Assembly (NCBI GenBank): GCA_050251055.1
Contig: JBFWNL010000002.1
Location: 192,001-256,000 of the forward strand
Reading direction: 5' to 3'
Length of the DNA stretch: 64,000 nt
DNA from: Bacteriovoracia bacterium
GTDB lineage: Bacteria; Bdellovibrionota; UBA1018; JBFWNL01
Part shown: positions 58,128 through 64,000 of the stretch, one piece after another
How the letters are laid out: every line of letters begins with the position of its first letter
How positions within the stretch are numbered: the first letter of the stretch is position 1
Position numbers and translations under genes: made by a program
Notes under the pieces: model-generated
Database searches by the model: none
Told to the model about the DNA's origin: nothing
Seen by the model: the letters and a program-made list of their open reading frames with translations, nothing else

Positions 58128-58625
58128 CTAGCGGCCACTACTTTCCGGCGGCGTCTTCCGCCAACGGGTTTTCTTCTGGTTGAACGCCTCTAGCACGCGT
58201 CCTTCCAATATCTGCAGCTGTTCGCGCGCCGGCGGTTGCTTGAGGGCAATCTGCACGTAGAGATTACCGGGAAAGAGCGGAGCGTCCTTCGTCGGCTCCG
58301 GAAAAAAATACATAAGGAATAGCGCTTCCGACTGGGCGCCCTTCGTGCGCACGCGGGTACGCGAGTCGATGCGGTCGGTGATCGACTCGCGGTAAGGCGC
58401 AAACTGGAACTTGGCCGGTGACTCCTGCTGAATGCGGGTGATCAATCCTTCGAGCGCCTCACTCAGCGTTTTTCCTTCGGCCTCCGCCCTCGTCTTCCAG
58501 TCGGAAGCGGGCGTCGTATCGGTGGGCATCAGTTGCAACCGAAAATGAGGTGCGGTCACGCTCGTCGCCTGATCGAACGTTTCCGCGCGCGTGAGCGCAA
58601 AACCCAAGAGAATCATTGAAAGCAT
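58128..58625 (-). CDS. Secreted hypothetical protein
   Basis: Short signal peptide, overlaps the upstream gene stop. Confidence 0.55.
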   Translation of the reverse strand: MLSMILLGFALTRAETFDQATSVTAPHFRLQLMPTDTTPASDWKTRAEAEGKTLSEALEGLITRIQQESPAKFQFAPYRESITDRIDSRTRVRTKGAQSEALFLMYFFPEPTKDAPLFPGNLYVQIALKQPPAREQLQILEGRVLEAFNQKKTRWRKTPPESSGR

Positions 58626-59104
58626 GCTTCTATCCTCAAACCGGTCATTAAGGGCAGACTCCCGCCGCCGGAATTCAAGAGTACGGCGCCCCGCCAGCCC
58701 ACTTGCAGCTGAACTTCCTCGCTTTGGTAAAAAGGAAGGCCCGCGACCACGCCCAGAACTGGGCCTGCCACCGACGAATTCACGCCAAATCCCCCGTCCG
58801 CGCCCAGGTAGGGCGAAGTGGTCCGACTCGCGTCGAAACGATATTGCAGCCCGAAGCTGAAGCTGACCAGGCTCCACTCGCGTTGGCCGACGAGATTCAA
58901 TTCAAGATAGACGGGCGCTTTCGCGATCTCCCACCCGTAGGCCGCGGAAACCCAGAACTGCGCGCCGGGATCGTTGGCCTGGGTTACCCAGCCCGTGCCC
59001 AACCCGGCGTTATAGTGTTGCGTCGGGAGAACGGCCTCGTCGCCCCGGGCGCCCGGTGCAAAGCTCAACGCCCAAGCCACGAGAAGGACCCCGCGCGATC
59101 TCAA
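58613..59104 (-). CDS. Small outer-membrane beta-barrel
   Basis: Signal peptide; SPYLGADGGFG strand pattern. Confidence 0.65.
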   Translation of the reverse strand: MRSRGVLLVAWALSFAPGARGDEAVLPTQHYNAGLGTGWVTQANDPGAQFWVSAAYGWEIAKAPVYLELNLVGQREWSLVSFSFGLQYRFDASRTTSPYLGADGGFGVNSSVAGPVLGVVAGLPFYQSEEVQLQVGWRGAVLLNSGGGSLPLMTGLRIEACFQ

Positions 59105-59991
59105 TTGAAAAACACCCCGAGACGCGCGCCCAGCACGTAAGGCGTAACCCCGTTCAAGTCCTTAAACAGGATCCCGGCCCGAAACCCCAAGTCTATATTC
59201 AAGGCGGTCGTCCGCAGCAGCTGTAGGCCCCCGCCACCACCGAGCACGAAACCCACGGTGCTGACTTCCGCGATTCCCATCCCGAAATCCGCGGATACGT
59301 ATGGAGTGGTGCCACGATCCGAGAAAAAGTAACGCCCGCCAATGCCAAAATCGACGAGGCTCGCGCGACTGAGGCTAGCCCAGTTCAAACCAATCGAGAT
59401 CATCCAATCGTTGAGATCCCACGCGTAAGCGCCCGACAAGTAGTAAGCCAAGCCGGAATTCGCCGAAGACTTGAGATAGGCCGGGCCGAGGCCGAAATAA
59501 TAACCCTTGCGCGCCGAGCGACGGTTTTGGCCCGCGGTGACTTCCGTTTCGGTCACGTCGCCCACGCGGGCGTCCGCGGCCGGCGCGACCTCGTTGATCA
59601 CGGCCCGGGTTAAGCGCGATCCCACCTGATCGAGATCTTCGATGCGGGCCGCTTTCATCTGGGCGGAATAAGCCACCTTGCCGTCGCGAATTTTCTCCAA
59701 GGTCATGACGTAGGCGCCACCCAACCTCAAAAGCCGCGGGCGCAGACGATACTGCGACTCGCCGGCCTCGGAAACCGCGCGGTGCGAACCACTGCTCGCC
59801 ACGGCGACGCGGACGAGCTCGGTGGTGGCGTCCAGATCGCTGCTAGGAACTCCCGCGCCGGTGGCGCGCTCGACGAAAATTTCGTCGGCTAACCCCGGAA
59901 CGCCGTCGAAAACATGGTATGTAGCGAGAATGCCGATCGCGAAAAAAAAGCTGAACCTTCTCCGATACGCCCTGTTTTTCTGGTTTTTCAT
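59101..59991 (-). CDS. Alpha/beta periplasmic domain fused to an outer-membrane beta-barrel
   Basis: TPYVSADFGMG; C-terminal LGVFFN. Confidence 0.7.
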   Translation of the reverse strand: MKNQKNRAYRRRFSFFFAIGILATYHVFDGVPGLADEIFVERATGAGVPSSDLDATTELVRVAVASSGSHRAVSEAGESQYRLRPRLLRLGGAYVMTLEKIRDGKVAYSAQMKAARIEDLDQVGSRLTRAVINEVAPAADARVGDVTETEVTAGQNRRSARKGYYFGLGPAYLKSSANSGLAYYLSGAYAWDLNDWMISIGLNWASLSRASLVDFGIGGRYFFSDRGTTPYVSADFGMGIAEVSTVGFVLGGGGGLQLLRTTALNIDLGFRAGILFKDLNGVTPYVLGARLGVFFN

Positions 59992-60559
59992 GAGTGCCCC
60001 CATTCTTGCGGAGGAACCCGGTAAAGTCAATTTACAGCGGCTCGCGATCAATCAAAAAGGCATGCTGGTACTCGGCGGGTGGGCGCTAGGCAATATCGCC
60101 ACGGGCTTGGCGATGCAAGGCAACGCAACCCAAGCCGACCACTACTTTCACCAAATGAACGTCCTTTGGAACACAGTGAATTTTGGATTGGCCACGTGGG
60201 GATACCTTCAGAATCGAAACGAAGACGTCTCGAACTACACCTTGCGCCAGACCATCGAGAAAAATGAGGAAGTGCAGGGCGTCTTGCTCCTAAACGCCGG
60301 ATTGGACGTAGCCTACATGGCCACGGGGGTGTGGCTCCATTCGCGTGGCGATCACGCGGGCGAAACCTTCGAATCCCAAGCCAAATGGCGAGGCTACGGA
60401 CGCTCCCTGATCTTGCAGGGTGCATTTCTCTTGGTATTCGACGTCACCCTTTACCTCGTCCACCGGGGGAACCACCAGTCTTGGCTCGAAAGTGCTTTTG
60501 GAAAAACCACGGCCTTTCGGATCCAGCCAGACAGCATAACCTATAGTTTTTACTACTGA
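59930..60559 (+). CDS. DUF6992-like membrane protein
   Basis: GM.VLGGWA.GN, YFHQMN..WN.VN, NAGLDVAY, GYG.SLILQGAFL..FD. Confidence 0.7.
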   Translation: MPIAKKKLNLLRYALFFWFFMSAPILAEEPGKVNLQRLAINQKGMLVLGGWALGNIATGLAMQGNATQADHYFHQMNVLWNTVNFGLATWGYLQNRNEDVSNYTLRQTIEKNEEVQGVLLLNAGLDVAYMATGVWLHSRGDHAGETFESQAKWRGYGRSLILQGAFLLVFDVTLYLVHRGNHQSWLESAFGKTTAFRIQPDSITYSFYY

Positions 60560-60645
60560 TTTTTATTACTTCCCCACGCCAAATCCCCATTTGACGCTTC
60601 GCAGGCCTATCATTTATATAGCAGCGCAACAGGGAGACGTTCGTT

Positions 60646-61995
60646 ATGAAATTCAGTTCACTTTTGATCCTGGCCACGAGCCTAGGTTTGTCCATCGCGC
60701 ATGCCGACGAAAGAAAACTCTACGTCGGCAAGAACGCCACCGAGGCCTATCTGAACTTCCGCCACACCGTGGAAATCAATAGCCCCCGGGCCAATGAAGA
60801 TGACGCCTACGAGGCGATCGAAGACCAGCTCCAGCACCTATTCGGCACCATGGCCGTCGCGGACCTGAAAGCCGTGCCGCGCGGGGCGCACGAGATCACC
60901 GATGTCCAGCTCTCGGTGAAGGACGGCAAGAAAACGATCGTAAGTTATCAGTATCGGGGTCTCATCGTGGTCGAACTCGCGAAAAGAGAAACTCCGGAGG
61001 CACCGCTAAAATCCTACACGGTGATCCTGCCGAACAATCCCGCGACGATTTATCGTTCGGCGATGGTGGGACGCTACAACCCCTGTACCGACGAGCACTA
61101 TCAAGAAGAAGGCGATTTCTGGTATTTCTGGTCCCCGGCGCCGGCTAACCCGAAATGCCGACTGAAGGAGTGGGTGCACTACCGGAAAGTCACGGGCTCC
61201 CTCCAGAGAATCAAGAATACCACGCGCAGCTTCCCCGAATACGAACGGCTCACGTCAGCCGATGGCGTACTGCGTATTTCGCTGCTCATGGGCATGGATG
61301 ATCCGGATTTGAACCGCGATCCGAATGTCTCGGACGACGAGAACGCCCTGAACTTCCGGCCCATCAAAGCTTCGCTGCTCGAGCGCGGCTACCGCTCGCG
61401 CATCTGGTCCGGGTCCGAAATCAATCAGGTGGTGCCCGACCGGGCGGCAAACGATCGCGTCTACGTGGAAGAGTTCACGAAAACTTTCACCCGCAACGAA
61501 GTGACCCGCGCGATCCGTCTGCGGATCTTCTTCGGACCGTCGGGCATTGACGAGGACAGCCGCAGCTTTCATTACTTCTTCAAGGACTCGCTCGCGAACG
61601 AGGCGATCATGATGTACGACGGCCATAGCGGCCTGGGCGGGCACTTGGATCTGGCGGCGATCGAAGACCAGCACGGTTTCGAGTTCGCGCCGAACCAAAA
61701 GCAGTATCAGATCTACTTCTTCAATAGCTGCAGCTCGTACACGTACTATAACAGCATGTACTTCGGCCGAAAGAAGACCCAAACGGACCCCAAGGGAACG
61801 AAGAACCTCGACGTGCTCAATAACGGGCTCTCGACGTACTTCTCCGTCATGCACGACACGAACATGGCGCTCGTCCGGGCGGTGGAAGCCTGGGTCGAGA
61901 CCGGCACGCGCGTGTCTTACCAAACGCTCGCCAACCAGATCGACAGCGACAACCTGTTTAGCGTCAATGGCGATGAAGACAACCCGAAGGAGTAA
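60646..61995 (+). CDS. Secreted protein with caspase-like His/Cys motifs
   Basis: Signal peptide; MMYDGHSG and IYFFNSCSSY. Confidence 0.7.
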   Translation: MKFSSLLILATSLGLSIAHADERKLYVGKNATEAYLNFRHTVEINSPRANEDDAYEAIEDQLQHLFGTMAVADLKAVPRGAHEITDVQLSVKDGKKTIVSYQYRGLIVVELAKRETPEAPLKSYTVILPNNPATIYRSAMVGRYNPCTDEHYQEEGDFWYFWSPAPANPKCRLKEWVHYRKVTGSLQRIKNTTRSFPEYERLTSADGVLRISLLMGMDDPDLNRDPNVSDDENALNFRPIKASLLERGYRSRIWSGSEINQVVPDRAANDRVYVEEFTKTFTRNEVTRAIRLRIFFGPSGIDEDSRSFHYFFKDSLANEAIMMYDGHSGLGGHLDLAAIEDQHGFEFAPNQKQYQIYFFNSCSSYTYYNSMYFGRKKTQTDPKGTKNLDVLNNGLSTYFSVMHDTNMALVRAVEAWVETGTRVSYQTLANQIDSDNLFSVNGDEDNPKE

Positions 61996-63598
61996 ACTCC
62001 TTCTCGCGTCATCCCTGATTTGGCTCGGCGGCGCCGTCCACCTCACCGTGGCCGCGGCGCCGCCCGCGTCAACGCCACCCACGCCCACGCGCTGGGAGCT
62101 TGCCGTTCTTTTCATCGAATCGGGTGGCCCCGGGGCCCCGAACCGGGACGTCGACCCCGCCTTCCAGTCCGACATCGACCGGAACGTGATGGAGCTAGGC
62201 CGGATCGTCCCGAACGAAAACCTACGCTTATCGATCTACCGGGAGTTCGCGGACCGCGCCGTTGAATATTTCGTGGACCCCGCCTCTGCCGAGCTGACGA
62301 ACTGGGATCCGCTCTTTGCCCGGTCTCCCCTGCCCGGTTGGCAGGTGCCCGGAGGCTTCACGGTAACCCCGCGAAGCTCCCAAACGCCCACCCGCTTGCG
62401 GGAAAGGGAAGCTCTGCAGCGATTTTTCGCGCGCGCTTATCCGGACCCCTCCGCCAAGCGCGTCTTAGTGATTTACGCCCACGGCCTGGCGTTCGACGGG
62501 CTGCAGGTCATTCGCTTGAACGCGCTCAAAAAACAGCTGGCCGCCGCCCTCGCGGAGCGTTCGCTCGACATTCTTTGGCTGGATTCCTGTTTCATGGCGA
62601 ACCTAGAAGCCCAGCTCGAGCTCGCCCCGCTCGCGCGCTACATCCTGGCGTCGGAAGAAGCCGAGTTTTCCGCCGGCACCCCATTCGACATCTTTCGTAC
62701 GCTGGCGGCCGGCCCCGCCGACGTCGAGAAAGTCGCGATCGACTTCGCCACTCGTTTCATCGAAACCTATTCTTATTTGAAGCAAGGAAGCCAACGCCGC
62801 GCCGTCGAACGCAGCTCCGCCACGCTCAGCGTGGTGGATACGACCCGCTTGCGGGCGACCGTGCCCCTTTGGCAAACCTTGGCGCGGGAGCTCGGGCCGA
62901 CGCGCCTGGGCGGCGAAGCCAAACGCGTGCTCAATCAGCAACTCGCCGCGAACCGGATGGAACGGCCTGACTTAGTCGACGCAGGTTCGATGCTACTCGC
63001 CGTGCGCCGGCTGAAACAATGGCCAAGCGAGGCCAAGCCCGCGATCGCCAAATCAGCGGACGCCCTGATTGAGACGATGGAACTCGCGCAGGCGGGAAAA
63101 TTACATACGAATCCCCGCATTCACGTGGTCGCACCCAGGAAGGACACCACGCTCGTGTTCGGTTTCGAGGACTGGACGCGCGGGCACCGGGACGACACCG
63201 AGACACTGAAAAAAATTCCCCGCTCTATGCAACCCGCGACATTTGTCGGCGGTCCCGCCGACCGCGACTGGCCCGGCTTGACTGTGAATCAGGAACGTTA
63301 CCTCACGCCGTTCGCGCCCGGGCTTCGGGAGTTCAGCTACTTTTTTGTCGACTCCCTCACCCTTCGTTTGCTCAGTGAACCGCAGTCCGTGACCCGCGAC
63401 CGCGATTATGTGATCTTCGCGGCGACCCATCCTGACAACCCCGTGCTTTTCGCCGGTTATACCCAGGGCATCGGCAAAACCGCCGAGCGTTACACGGGGT
63501 TGAATATGCTCGACCCCACTTTAGGGATTACTTCCATTCACTACCTGGATACCGAGTTCTTCCGTCAAACCCACTGGGGCAGCTTCCCCCAACCGTAG
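61967..63598 (+). CDS. Clostripain-related (C11) cysteine peptidase
   Basis: YP...VLVIYAHG; LDILWLDSCFMANLE; YILASEE. Confidence 0.75.
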   Translation: MAMKTTRRSKLLLASSLIWLGGAVHLTVAAAPPASTPPTPTRWELAVLFIESGGPGAPNRDVDPAFQSDIDRNVMELGRIVPNENLRLSIYREFADRAVEYFVDPASAELTNWDPLFARSPLPGWQVPGGFTVTPRSSQTPTRLREREALQRFFARAYPDPSAKRVLVIYAHGLAFDGLQVIRLNALKKQLAAALAERSLDILWLDSCFMANLEAQLELAPLARYILASEEAEFSAGTPFDIFRTLAAGPADVEKVAIDFATRFIETYSYLKQGSQRRAVERSSATLSVVDTTRLRATVPLWQTLARELGPTRLGGEAKRVLNQQLAANRMERPDLVDAGSMLLAVRRLKQWPSEAKPAIAKSADALIETMELAQAGKLHTNPRIHVVAPRKDTTLVFGFEDWTRGHRDDTETLKKIPRSMQPATFVGGPADRDWPGLTVNQERYLTPFAPGLREFSYFFVDSLTLRLLSEPQSVTRDRDYVIFAATHPDNPVLFAGYTQGIGKTAERYTGLNMLDPTLGITSIHYLDTEFFRQTHWGSFPQP

Positions 63599-63662
63599 CG
63601 AATTGCAACAAGCTGGGCCGACGCGCGCCGTCGCAACTTGTTGATATATTTACGATTAGACG

Positions 63663-63679
63663 ATGGCACCCCCCTTGCT
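63663..63679 (+). promoter_or_regulatory. sigma54 -24/-12 promoter
   Basis: ATGGCACCCCCCTTGCT. Confidence 0.75.
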
Positions 63680-63706
63680 CTACACTTAAGCAACAAGGAG
63701 AACCTT

Positions 63707-63988
63707 ATGCAATCCAAACTGATTCCCACCCTGCTGCTAGCGATTTTCACGGCCTTCCCGTTGGCTTCGGCCCGCGCCGATGATGCTCCGGCCGTTCCGC
63801 CGCAAGCCGAGGTGAAAAAAGACTTCCAAGATCAGATCAAGAAAGAACGCGCCGACATCAAGGAAAACCGGAAGGAAATCCGTGAGAGCCGGCAGAAGAT
63901 TCGCGAGCTTCGCAAACAACGCCGCGAAACCCGCCGCCAGAAAAAAATGGAAAAACACGGCGGCAACGCTGCCCCCGCGCAGCAGTAG
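63707..63988 (+). CDS. Small secreted basic coiled-coil protein
   Basis: AAGGAG RBS, signal peptide, K/R/E heptads. Confidence 0.7.
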   Translation: MQSKLIPTLLLAIFTAFPLASARADDAPAVPPQAEVKKDFQDQIKKERADIKENRKEIRESRQKIRELRKQRRETRRQKKMEKHGGNAAPAQQ

Positions 63989-64000
63989 CGGTCGCGGCAA

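Overview
Bacterial chromosomal window, most likely Bdellovibrionota/Oligoflexia-like (inferred from a TIGR02147-type regulator and many secreted S8 proteases, lipoproteins and beta-barrels). Bases 1-6350 are the visibly AT-richer right end of an element integrated in tRNA-Ser(CGA): only the 3' half of the tRNA (attR) is present and no integrase lies in the window. The element carries an XRE regulator with palindromic operators, a TerS-like ORF, a coupled MqsR-like/MqsA-like/beta-protein triplet, DUF2971 and a coupled DUF4238 + class III cyclase-like pair, i.e. a probable defence hotspot. The GC-rich remainder holds a BigR-regulated sulfur detoxification operon and a stress cluster with four sigma54 promoters that share paired 17-bp upstream boxes. 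It also holds a candidate ~230-nt ncRNA, a heme/Tat-DUF1501/giant Ig-repeat dicytochrome operon, an active + catalytically degenerate subtilase pair, a lone lptF, an RND+TolC pair without adaptor, a beta-barrel cluster and tandem clan-CD-like peptidases. Many genes appear to be leaderless. All family calls come from motif recognition by eye; no database searches were run.
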